IMG/VR virus record: IMGVR_UViG_3300035208_002606
Length of the DNA stretch: 29,572 nt
Reading direction: 5' to 3' (one strand)
Origin: a virus
Taxonomy: Duplodnaviria; Heunggongvirae; Uroviricota; Caudoviricetes
Made by a program: the position numbers and the translations under genes. Below the pieces are notes generated by a model. It made no database searches, had not been told where the DNA came from, and was given only the letters and a program-made list of their open reading frames with translations. Positions 1 to 7,743 of this stretch are shown piece after piece (position 1 is the first letter of the stretch; every line of letters begins with the position of its first letter).

Positions 1-1
1 T

Positions 2-418
2 CAAATTCTACAAGATGAGGCCAATGACATGAAGGAGAATTGGGAAGATAGGGGATTTGACCAAGAACCAACGGACGATGAAATAAATAATATGATATCT
101 CATGAACCATTGGACTGGTATTGGGATGATTTTGCCGAGGCTTTAGACGAAATTCTCAAGAAAAAAAATCCCGAAGGATATTGGAAAGCAGAAGTAAAAA
201 ATTTTGGCTGGCGTGAACTTTCGGGCGCAAAAACATTTCATGCCGAAAATGCACAACAATTTTTAACTCGTATTCTTCCCGATACACAAAACACTTTTCA
301 TATCTACAATTACGGCAAAGGTTTAGCCATCAATAACTTTCATCACGATAGCCCGACTGGGCGAGAATGGTATTATGTCACCCCGATTGCCAAGTCCACA
401 CACGAAAAGGGAGTATAA
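2..418 (+). CDS. Hypothetical protein, probably 5'-truncated by the window edge
   Basis: The frame of the 29..418 ORF is open from position 2 (caa att cta caa gat gag gcc aat gac atg), so the true start is likely upstream. Stop TAA overlaps the next ATG (TAATG at 416-420). Confidence 0.75.
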   Translation, partial: QILQDEANDMKENWEDRGFDQEPTDDEINNMISHEPLDWYWDDFAEALDEILKKKNPEGYWKAEVKNFGWRELSGAKTFHAENAQQFLTRILPDTQNTFHIYNYGKGLAINNFHHDSPTGREWYYVTPIAKSTHEKGV

Positions 419-861
419 TGAAATTTAAAATAGCAGAAGATATTGCTCAGGATATGGAAACGGTTGAGAATAAATCAACCTTTCAAATCGAATTCCATAT
501 CTATTCCATCGACAGGAACAATGCCGATGCCGACCAATATGTAGCACAATTGGAGCAACGCCTTTCTGCATTTGGTACTGAAAATGCTGAACAGAAAAAC
601 GAGTCAGGCAAACCCTACTCTCTCTATCGCATCGTCAGCAGGAAATTCAACACTACTCAGGAAATCGCACAATTTTTCGAGAAGGAATTTCGGGACTTCA
701 TAAACCTGTCCTCACAAATTTGGAAGATGAGCAATAACTTTATACGGGTTGTGATTGTGGATGAATCCAACCCCCCAAAGAGAATCCCAGGAAAAACATA
801 TACGCTTTTGGCAACAAGCGATTATCGGGATATGTTGCTAGAGTTAAAAGGAGGAGCATAA
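418..861 (+). CDS. Hypothetical protein (147 aa)
   Basis: Start reassigned to ATG 418, with SD-like aagggag upstream and coupling to the previous stop; the 367 start in the ORF track lies inside the previous gene. Confidence 0.75.
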   Translation: MKFKIAEDIAQDMETVENKSTFQIEFHIYSIDRNNADADQYVAQLEQRLSAFGTENAEQKNESGKPYSLYRIVSRKFNTTQEIAQFFEKEFRDFINLSSQIWKMSNNFIRVVIVDESNPPKRIPGKTYTLLATSDYRDMLLELKGGA

Positions 862-862
862 C

Positions 863-1276
863 ATGTTGACGGAGAAGAAAAAAACAGCGGCAATGATTCA
901 AAGATTAAAAAAGTGGAAGAAATACAAGGGAATTTCTAAGGAAGATATCGAAAAGTTCGCAACGGCTGAAGAAAAGAAAAGGCTGTTGGAGGGAGATGAC
1001 CCATTTGAAGATGTTCACGGCGAAGCCGACCCGTTCGATGTTCCTATCGGAGACCCCCAAGACCCGACTGACGATGAGCCAAGGCCTTTAGAGGATGAGC
1101 AGGAAGCAGGAACTCAAAAGACCATTCCTGTTTCCGAAAGTTTATTGGATGATATTTTTAATCTTATCGCAGGAGATGAAAATCCTGAAGAAGAAGACAG
1201 AATAATGAGTGAACTTGCTATTTTATTGGGATATGATTTGAATGACTTGGCAGAACGTGATGAGTCTGATATTTAA
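863..1276 (+). CDS. Basic-N/acidic-C hypothetical protein, candidate head internal protein carrying the KEDIEKFATAEEK..LLE motif
   Basis: SD aaggagg upstream; charge-segregated low-complexity sequence; motif shared with the proteins at 5925 and 11042. Confidence 0.8.
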   Translation: MLTEKKKTAAMIQRLKKWKKYKGISKEDIEKFATAEEKKRLLEGDDPFEDVHGEADPFDVPIGDPQDPTDDEPRPLEDEQEAGTQKTIPVSESLLDDIFNLIAGDENPEEEDRIMSELAILLGYDLNDLAERDESDI

Positions 1277-1291
1277 TAAAACAAAAATGAA

Positions 1292-2044
1292 ATGGCAGAT
1301 GAAAAAAAGATAATTCAGAATCAATATCCTTACGAGACACCACCTTCTCAGCCTTTAACAGAAGGCGACTTAAAAAAACTAGCGCAACTCAAAGCGCAGA
1401 AGAAAGAACCCGCTGTAGTAAAAAAGGAAGAAGAAGCAAAAAAGAAAGCGATAAAACTAGAAGAGGCCAAAAAACTAAAAAGAGAAAAAAAGATTCGGCC
1501 CCTTCTCCGTTATTACAACTCCGAACTCCTCATTCCCGTTTCAAGGGGACAAATTATTCCTGGCAACTGCTATGTTTTTGCTTACTCCGCACACAAGCAT
1601 GTTCCCACTCCTATTGTATTCTATGTGGGAACCGACCCACGCTATAATACTTTGGAAGGCATCTCCCTGCAATATCTTTCCACAGGCGAACGAAAAAGAC
1701 TGTTCGAGTTCTTCCGTAAAACACCTTTGCACTCCGAAAAGATGCTGAAGGGGTCGATGAAAATCAAGTCTTTATTGGGTGAGGAGCGGCACATTTTCCG
1801 CAAGTCCTACACCTCAGACTCAATTTACAACTTCCTGCAAAAGAAATTAACAGAAAAAATCCTGTTTTATCGCCGTTATAAGTTCACAAAAATCAATTCC
1901 CGCATCTATGTCGTACCCATTGAGGCGCTTGATAGAGCCTTGGAAATCACAACTCCCGTCAAGCCCATCAATCCCCGAAAATTGGAGGAATCGAAAAAAC
2001 ATTTCGGCCAGGTAATAAACCAACTCTCGCAATATAGACATTAA
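1292..2044 (+). CDS. T4 gp2-like DNA end protector protein
   Basis: PGNCYVFAYSAHKH...PIVFYVG...LEGISLQYLS resembles the gp2 pattern PGxxYxFxYxAKHK...PLI...GLNLHYL; lies next to the portal gene. Confidence 0.55.
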   Translation: MADEKKIIQNQYPYETPPSQPLTEGDLKKLAQLKAQKKEPAVVKKEEEAKKKAIKLEEAKKLKREKKIRPLLRYYNSELLIPVSRGQIIPGNCYVFAYSAHKHVPTPIVFYVGTDPRYNTLEGISLQYLSTGERKRLFEFFRKTPLHSEKMLKGSMKIKSLLGEERHIFRKSYTSDSIYNFLQKKLTEKILFYRRYKFTKINSRIYVVPIEALDRALEITTPVKPINPRKLEESKKHFGQVINQLSQYRH

Positions 2045-2055
2045 AGACAAATAGA

Positions 2056-2061
2056 TAAATA
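2056..2061 (+). promoter_or_regulatory. Putative T4-type late promoter TAAATA upstream of the portal gene
   Basis: (A)TAAATA in the short intergenic gap, followed by SD aggag and ATG 2080. The same hexamer recurs just before many structural genes. Confidence 0.55.
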
Positions 2062-2079
2062 GGTTTAGGAGAACATTAA

Positions 2080-3804
2080 ATGCCACAAACTAAAGAAGAA
2101 CGCAGGGCGCAGACATTAGCGTCCCGTAAAGGCAGAGTCAAAAGAATTTTCAGTATGTTCGGACGGCAACCCAATGCCGCAGAACTGTTGAAAAAGGAAA
2201 ACGCTGTAACCCCTTATGCGGCAGACGGATTATTCGGCAAAGGCGATTCAACGCTAACAAGGCAATATACGGACTATGTCTACGGTTCGTACCTAGTCAA
2301 ATTATCTTCCAAGGAAAGGGTCCGGGAATATTATCGTATGGCGGCTGACCCTGAAATCAACTATGCCCTTACGGAAATCTGCGATGAAATCGTGCAGGAA
2401 GATGAAAATAAAAAACTCTTCTCCATTCGCTTTGAAGATGATATGCCCGAAGCAAAACGCAATATCATTATCAACGAATTCAAAGATTTGATTATCAACC
2501 GCCTCCGCTTGGGAGATTACAATACGGTGTGGGAATGGGTTTATAAGTGGCTCGTACAAGGCATTATTATCTTTAAGGTCAACTTCTCCGAAGAAAAGGC
2601 TTCAGGTGTTGAAAGTTTGGAAGAACTTCAACCGTGGCTCGTAACCCATTATCAGGCCGAAAAGGTCGTGGACAAACAGTACAGCAAACAGGAGCAGGAA
2701 AAGAGATATTTTGTCGTGAAGGACAACGAGTCGGCAGAAGAAGGCTACAAGTATTTGGAAGAAGAAATCATTCACCTAGACAATGGCTACTGTTATGACG
2801 GCGAGTTCTTCTCCATCTTGGAGTTTGCCAAGAAGGATTGGCGGCGTTTGAATTTGATTGAAGATGCGACAGTCATCTACAAGTTGAGCCGCTCACCCCT
2901 TCGCAGAGTCTTCAAAGTTTATGTCGGCAAGATGGCTCCAAAGGATATCGAAAGGTTCCTTTACGATTTCCGTCAGAGACTTCGTGAAGATATTACCTAC
3001 GACCAAGATAAGGGAGAAATTGTAGGCTTCAATCCTATTACAATGCTTGACGATTACTTTTTCCCTGTAATGGAAGGCGGTCAGGAAACCTGTCAAGTGG
3101 ACACCATTTCTGAAAAGGACACCAAGTGGGAATCGATGGACGAGATTCGCTACTTCCTAGGAAAGGTATACAGGGCGATGAAAATTCCCGTGGGCAGAAT
3201 GAATCTCCCGAACGAGAACGGAGAATACACAACCTCCACAACAGGTAGCCGTTCAGGGGAAATCATGCGGGACGAGGTCAAGTTCTCCAACTTCACCAAG
3301 CGTCTCCAAGCCCGTTTTATGGAGCAATTCATTCAGGAACTTTTTTACAGACACTTATTTTTCCGAGGTTTGGTTGACGAATTAAAAATCAAAAAGAATC
3401 AAGTCGAAGTAAAGTTCACCCATGTCAACCCGTATTCGGAATTGAAGTCGGCAGAAGTTGAAGAATATCGTGCCACTTCTTTCGGTGCTTTAAATGCTAC
3501 ATCTCCGTATTTTTCTTTCATCTATCTCGCCAAGAGATATTTGAAGTGGACAGAAGACGAATTGAGAGATAACTTCGAGTGCTTGAAGCGTGAACAAGCC
3601 CTCATGCCACAAGGAGCAGGAGAAGAGGGCATGGCAGGCGGTGGCGGTGAAATGTTAGGCGGCGGTGGAGCGGGAGGCGAAGTTCCGGGGGCAACAACTT
3701 CCGAGGAAGAAACCACCTTGGAAGAAACCCCATCCACAGAAGCAACGGAACAAACAGGCACAGAAGTAGGAACTAGCCCCGAAACAACACTAGCACCTGT
3801 ATAA
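2080..3804 (+). CDS. gp20: Portal protein, T4 gp20 family, with a Gly/Thr/Glu-rich C-terminal tail
   Basis: Diagnostic motifs YYRMAADPEINYALTEICDEIV, LIEDATVIYKLSRSPLRRVFKVYVGKM, LDDYFFP, YRAMKIPVGR, IMRDEVKFSNF..RLQARF. Confidence 0.95.
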   Translation: MPQTKEERRAQTLASRKGRVKRIFSMFGRQPNAAELLKKENAVTPYAADGLFGKGDSTLTRQYTDYVYGSYLVKLSSKERVREYYRMAADPEINYALTEICDEIVQEDENKKLFSIRFEDDMPEAKRNIIINEFKDLIINRLRLGDYNTVWEWVYKWLVQGIIIFKVNFSEEKASGVESLEELQPWLVTHYQAEKVVDKQYSKQEQEKRYFVVKDNESAEEGYKYLEEEIIHLDNGYCYDGEFFSILEFAKKDWRRLNLIEDATVIYKLSRSPLRRVFKVYVGKMAPKDIERFLYDFRQRLREDITYDQDKGEIVGFNPITMLDDYFFPVMEGGQETCQVDTISEKDTKWESMDEIRYFLGKVYRAMKIPVGRMNLPNENGEYTTSTTGSRSGEIMRDEVKFSNFTKRLQARFMEQFIQELFYRHLFFRGLVDELKIKKNQVEVKFTHVNPYSELKSAEVEEYRATSFGALNATSPYFSFIYLAKRYLKWTEDELRDNFECLKREQALMPQGAGEEGMAGGGGEMLGGGGAGGEVPGATTSEEETTLEETPSTEATEQTGTEVGTSPETTLAPV

Positions 3805-3810
3805 AAACAC

Positions 3811-3907
3811 TAAATAATAGTGTAGGGACAAGATGTTGCAACATCATTTAAGAAACTCCGATTTTCTTAAATTACCTACACTATTTTGACATATCGGAGG
3901 TGTTAAA
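3811..3907 (+). ncRNA. Structured cis-regulatory RNA leader, copy 1 (three-way junction plus loop-SD pseudoknot)
   Basis: P1 3816-3826/3875-3885 (11 bp); P2 GATG 3832-3835/CATC 3842-3845 with loop TTGCAA; P3 3846-3855/3863-3872 (10 bp). P3 loop CTCCGAT is complementary to ATCGGAG 3893-3899, which overlaps SD GGAGG. A covarying second copy starts at 21497. Confidence 0.8.
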
Positions 3908-4738
3908 ATGTTGAAAGAATTTTTAATTAATTTATTAAAAAAAGAACATTTATCGTCCATAACAACAATTATTAAGAAACGATATAAAAATCAATATCAA
4001 AAAATTATTGAGAGAACAAATTATCTCCCTAAGAATTGTAGATTTACCGAAAGAATTTATCAAATAATAAACAACCTACAAGAAAAACCAAAATGTTATT
4101 GTGGAAAAAGTTTAAATTTTATTGATTACTCTTGTGGTTATCATGAGCATTGTTGTGTCAAATGTATAAATAATGACTTAAAAATAAAAGATAAAATTAA
4201 AAAAACTATGTTGAAAAGATATGGTGTAGAATATTCACTACAATCAGAAAAAATTCAAAGAAAAAGAAAAAAAACTAATTTAATGAAATATGGAAATGAA
4301 GATTATATAAATCTAAAAAAGCAAAAAGAAACCAATTTGATAAAATATGGAGCAACATGCGTATTGGCAGTAAGAGACATACATGAAAAAACAATGGAAA
4401 GTCGTTATAAAAAAAATTATAACCCATATAAAAATCATTATGGTAATTATAAAGGATTTAGTTATGAATCCTCTTGGGAACTTGCATTTATTAAATTTTG
4501 TTTAAATCATAATATCGAAATTGAACGTAATAAAAAAGGGTTTGTATATTGGTTCCAAGATAAAAAACATAGATATTATCCTGATTTCTATTTACCCGAA
4601 GTAGACCAATATATAGAAGTAAAGGCAGATTGGCTACTTAATGAGCAAACAAAAGAAAAAATAAAACAATTTCCGTATAAATTAGAAGTCTATACCAAAG
4701 AGAAATTAATAAACAATAGGATACTAAACAATAAATAA
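3908..4738 (+). CDS. Free-standing PD-(D/E)xK (TnsA-like) homing-endonuclease-like protein
   Basis: C-terminal YESSWE...YYPDFYLPEVDQYIEVK nuclease motif; central KKTxLxRYG/KYG repeats; Cys-rich CYCG..HCCVKC segment; much more AT-rich than the flanking portal and protease genes. Confidence 0.8.
   Translation: MLKEFLINLLKKEHLSSITTIIKKRYKNQYQKIIERTNYLPKNCRFTERIYQIINNLQEKPKCYCGKSLNFIDYSCGYHEHCCVKCINNDLKIKDKIKKTMLKRYGVEYSLQSEKIQRKRKKTNLMKYGNEDYINLKKQKETNLIKYGATCVLAVRDIHEKTMESRYKKNYNPYKNHYGNYKGFSYESSWELAFIKFCLNHNIEIERNKKGFVYWFQDKKHRYYPDFYLPEVDQYIEVKADWLLNEQTKEKIKQFPYKLEVYTKEKLINNRILNNK
4732..4737 (+). promoter_or_regulatory. Putative late promoter TAAATA overlapping the nuclease stop codon, upstream of the protease gene
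   Basis: ATAAATAA at 4731-4738, then SD gaggag and ATG 4758. Confidence 0.5.
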
Positions 4739-4757
4739 GCGTAGAGGAGATTAACAG

Positions 4758-5393
4758 ATGTCTAAACAGGTTTTAATGGAAACGGTTTCCGAGGTCAAGC
4801 CCATTGTGGACAAGAAGAACAAGTCGATTTGTTTCGAGGGAATTTTCGGACTTGCGGGAAAGAAAAATCTTAACGGCAGACTCTACCCGATGACCGTTAT
4901 GGAAAAAGCCGTCAAGGATTACAACGACTCTTTCATTTCCAAACACCGTGCCTTGGGGGAACTTGACCACCCTGAAGATGCGTCTGTTAATCTCCGAAAC
5001 GCCGCTTTCATTATTGAAGAGCCGTTGAAACTTCATGAGAACGGCGAAGTCCACGGCAAGGCAAGAATTCTTGAGACTACGCCGATGGGCAGGATTGCGG
5101 CTGACCTGATGCGGGAAGGCGTTGTCATCGGCCTTTCGTCAAGAGGGCTTGGAGAAATTTCCGAGAAGGAAGTTCTTGACGAAGAGACGGGGGAGAAGGA
5201 AATGGTAAACGAAGTTTCCGACTTTTCCATCGCAAGTTTCGACCTTGTAAGTGAGCCAAGTATCGGGATGTTCGTAAGCCAATCCAAACAGGAAGAAGGC
5301 ATCAAGAAACCCGAAGAGAAAAAAATTCAGGAGAAGAAGAATCTGAATTCGGGAGACTTGGTCTCGCTGTCAGAAATTTTATTTGAGGAGTAG
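4758..5393 (+). CDS. gp21: Prohead core protease, T4 gp21 family
   Basis: NLNGRLYP, ALGELDHP (catalytic His), GLSSRGLG (catalytic Ser) and FDLVSEPS motifs; lies between portal and capsid genes. Confidence 0.95.
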   Translation: MSKQVLMETVSEVKPIVDKKNKSICFEGIFGLAGKKNLNGRLYPMTVMEKAVKDYNDSFISKHRALGELDHPEDASVNLRNAAFIIEEPLKLHENGEVHGKARILETTPMGRIAADLMREGVVIGLSSRGLGEISEKEVLDEETGEKEMVNEVSDFSIASFDLVSEPSIGMFVSQSKQEEGIKKPEEKKIQEKKNLNSGDLVSLSEILFEE

Positions 5394-5399
5394 AAAATT

Positions 5400-5555
5400 A
5401 TGATTAAAGAGACTATATATGTTGTTGTTTTGAATGATAAACCATTTATAGCATTTTCTGATAGGTCGGAGGCAGAAACAGAAATGCAAAATCCAGATTA
5501 TGATTTAACACCTGATGATTTTTATATAGAAGAAATAACTTTATGGAGAAATTAA
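5400..5555 (+). CDS. Small acidic hypothetical protein (51 aa, not in the ORF track)
   Basis: Manually translated MIKETIYVVVLNDKPFIAFSDRSEAETEMQNPDYDLTPDDFYIEEITLWRN; SD gaggag upstream; fills the gap between flanking genes exactly. Confidence 0.7.
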   Translation: MIKETIYVVVLNDKPFIAFSDRSEAETEMQNPDYDLTPDDFYIEEITLWRN

Positions 5556-5563
5556 AATAAAAA

Positions 5564-5923
5564 ATGTCTGAACATCTCGTAGTGCATTTATTAGTTGATT
5601 TTTATGGCTGTGACGCTGACAGAACCGCAGACGAAAAATACATCGAGAAAGTATTGGTAGAGGCTAGTAAGGAAGCAGGAACGGAAACCGTTACTTCCCT
5701 TTTTCACAAGTTTGTGAATCGGGGAGTGGACGGAGTTCTGATTACTGCCGACAGTTATTACGGTATTCGCACTTGGGTCAAAGAGGGTTATGTCAGTCTT
5801 GATTTTTACTCCACAAATGAGAAAGTGGAATCTAAAAAGGCTGTGGAATATTTATTACGAAAGTTCGGAGCAACGAAATACTCCGCTTCCGAGATTAAGC
5901 GGGGAGACAAAACGGAGGTATAA
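5564..5923 (+). CDS. S-adenosylmethionine decarboxylase (SpeD/SpeH class 1B)-like protein with substituted catalytic residues
   Basis: HLLVDFYGCD..., FHKF..xGVxGV, TW..xGYxxxDFY and terminal IKRG match the AdoMetDC proenzyme fold. However, ESH is DSY, SIHTWPE is GIRTWVK and FTCG is YSTN. Confidence 0.8.
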   Translation: MSEHLVVHLLVDFYGCDADRTADEKYIEKVLVEASKEAGTETVTSLFHKFVNRGVDGVLITADSYYGIRTWVKEGYVSLDFYSTNEKVESKKAVEYLLRKFGATKYSASEIKRGDKTEV

Positions 5924-5924
5924 A

Positions 5925-6125
5925 ATGCCATTAACATCTAAAGGTAAGAAAATAATGACAGCCATGAAAAAAGAATATGGCCCCGAAAAAGGCGAACGAG
6001 TATTTTACGCTTCCGCTAACAAGGGGAAAATAAAAGGCGTTCATAAGAAAATCAAGAAAATAACCAAAGAGGATATTGCCAAGTATGCAACGGCTGAAGA
6101 AAAGGAATTCTTAAAGGAAAGTTAA
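5925..6125 (+). CDS. Small basic phage protein (66 aa) with an appended KEDIAKYATAEEK..LKE motif
   Basis: Start reassigned to ATG 5925 (SD ggagg at 5914-5918). MPLTSKGKKIMTAMKKEYG..KGERVFYASANKGKIKGV matches my recollection of a widespread small basic phage family. Confidence 0.75.
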   Translation: MPLTSKGKKIMTAMKKEYGPEKGERVFYASANKGKIKGVHKKIKKITKEDIAKYATAEEKEFLKES

Positions 6126-6769
6126 TGTCTCAAATAGATAAGCATAAGTGGAATAAAACATATCGAGAAAAAAATAAAGATAAAATTAATAAAAAACAGG
6201 AATTACTTCGAAGAAAAAAAGGAATACTTCCTCGAAAAAAATATTTAAATGATGAAGAAAGAAAAGAAGATAGAAAAGAATATCGTAAAAAATATTATTC
6301 TCTTCATAAAAAAGAAGAAATTTTTAATACAATCAATTATAATAAAAACCATGAAGAAAAAAAGCGTCTTTATGATAAAAAATATAAAAAAATTAACAAA
6401 GAAAAAATAAATGAAAGAACAAAAAAATATATCGCTAATAAAACAAAAACAGATATAAATTATAAACTTAGTAAAAATTTACGGGGTAGATTGTATCATG
6501 CCATCAAAGATAATCAAAAATCAGGCTCCGCAGTTAAAGACCTAGGGTGTTCTATTCCTGAACTCAAAACCCATTTAGAATCCAAATTTCAAAAAGGTAT
6601 GACCTGGAACAACTATTGTTATCGGGGATGGCACATCGACCATATTATTCCCCTTGCCTCTTTTAATTTAACCGATAAGGGGGACTTTTTAAAGGCTAAT
6701 CATTATACCAATCTTCAACCTTTATGGGCAGAAGAGAATTTTAAAAAAGGAAAGACACAAAAACCATAA
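6125..6769 (+). CDS. HNH-like homing-endonuclease-like protein (paralog 1)
   Basis: Lys-rich helical N-terminus; C-terminal GMTWNNY..GWHIDHIIPL...HYTNLQPLWAEENFKK (ββα-Me/HNH-type); translationally coupled by TAATG. Confidence 0.8.
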   Translation: MSQIDKHKWNKTYREKNKDKINKKQELLRRKKGILPRKKYLNDEERKEDRKEYRKKYYSLHKKEEIFNTINYNKNHEEKKRLYDKKYKKINKEKINERTKKYIANKTKTDINYKLSKNLRGRLYHAIKDNQKSGSAVKDLGCSIPELKTHLESKFQKGMTWNNYCYRGWHIDHIIPLASFNLTDKGDFLKANHYTNLQPLWAEENFKKGKTQKP

Positions 6770-6772
6770 ATA
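6767..6772 (+). promoter_or_regulatory. Putative late promoter TAAATA overlapping the HNH stop codon, upstream of the scaffold gene
   Basis: CCATAAATAA, then SD aaggag and ATG 6795. Confidence 0.55.
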
Positions 6773-6794
6773 ATTGTGAAAAGGAGCATACTCT

Positions 6795-7730
6795 ATGAAA
6801 AAAGGTTTGAAAGTATCCGAAAAGGCCGAAAAAATAAAAAAGATATTTAGTAAAATGGAAGTCGAATTAACTGAAGAACAAATAGGTTTATTTCTTTCTC
6901 AGTTTGAACTTCAAAAGAAAGAAGCCATTGAAGAGGCAATAAAGCCCGTTCAAGCCAAATTGGACGAATACACCAAACGCAATTATACTTTGGCTGGCGC
7001 ATTAGAAGAAGCAAAGGAATTCAAGGATAATTTTGAAAAGGCAATTGAAACAAAAATTAAGCAAATCGAAGCCATCAAAATCCCTGATATTCCAAAGATT
7101 GAGGAATCCCTCAACAAGTTGATGAAAGAGAAAATGGATTTGCTCGAAAAGAAAATTGCCAAGTTGGATGAAGCGGCAAACAAAATCAACGAGAAAATTC
7201 TTCCGTTGAAATTGGACGAAGACATTAAGAAAATCAATAATGTCGGCAATGTGTTTGCTAACTACAAAGACCTTTTGGCAAAAGCCTTAGTGGAAATAGA
7301 ATCTTCAGAAATTAAAACCCTGAAGGAAAAACTTATCGTGGCTGATAAAAAAGCCTCAGATACCGAAAAGAAATGTATCAAGTTGGAAGAGCAAATTCTT
7401 CAGGAGAGGACAAATACTGAAATCACTCTTCTGCTCGAAAATTCATCTTTAGACAGAGATGAGAAAGAACATCTTTACAAATATTATGAAAAAACAGGAT
7501 ATGAAGAAGGAAAAAATGAGATTCAGAAGTTTATCACTATAAAGGAATCTAAAGAAAGAGAGAAACCCGTACAACGCTCCTTTGTCCGAGAAAATGTCGG
7601 CGGCGTTAAACCCATGAATGATGTCGGGGTACTACAAAAGAAGAGGCTACTGGGCGAGTCATCCTCGTTCGCCCGTGATATTGACGAATGGGCCAATCTA
7701 GCAAGAATCGAGGAATCCGAACAAATCTAA
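6795..7730 (+). CDS. Prohead core scaffolding protein (gp22-like)
   Basis: Long K/E-rich coiled coil with many L/I-x-E sites; canonical position between protease and major capsid genes. Confidence 0.75.
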   Translation: MKKGLKVSEKAEKIKKIFSKMEVELTEEQIGLFLSQFELQKKEAIEEAIKPVQAKLDEYTKRNYTLAGALEEAKEFKDNFEKAIETKIKQIEAIKIPDIPKIEESLNKLMKEKMDLLEKKIAKLDEAANKINEKILPLKLDEDIKKINNVGNVFANYKDLLAKALVEIESSEIKTLKEKLIVADKKASDTEKKCIKLEEQILQERTNTEITLLLENSSLDRDEKEHLYKYYEKTGYEEGKNEIQKFITIKESKEREKPVQRSFVRENVGGVKPMNDVGVLQKKRLLGESSSFARDIDEWANLARIEESEQI

Positions 7731-7743
7731 AGGAGGAAACAGT

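Noticed and set aside
3832-3845. Perfect 14-bp palindrome GATGTTGCAACATC as a DNA operator
   Set aside because: The equivalent region in copy 2 is not palindromic through the loop (GGGG-ATGCAA-CCCT), so an RNA stem-loop explains it better.
5564-5923. Functional speD auxiliary metabolic gene
   Set aside because: The catalytic and processing residues are substituted, so it is reported as a pseudoenzyme candidate instead.
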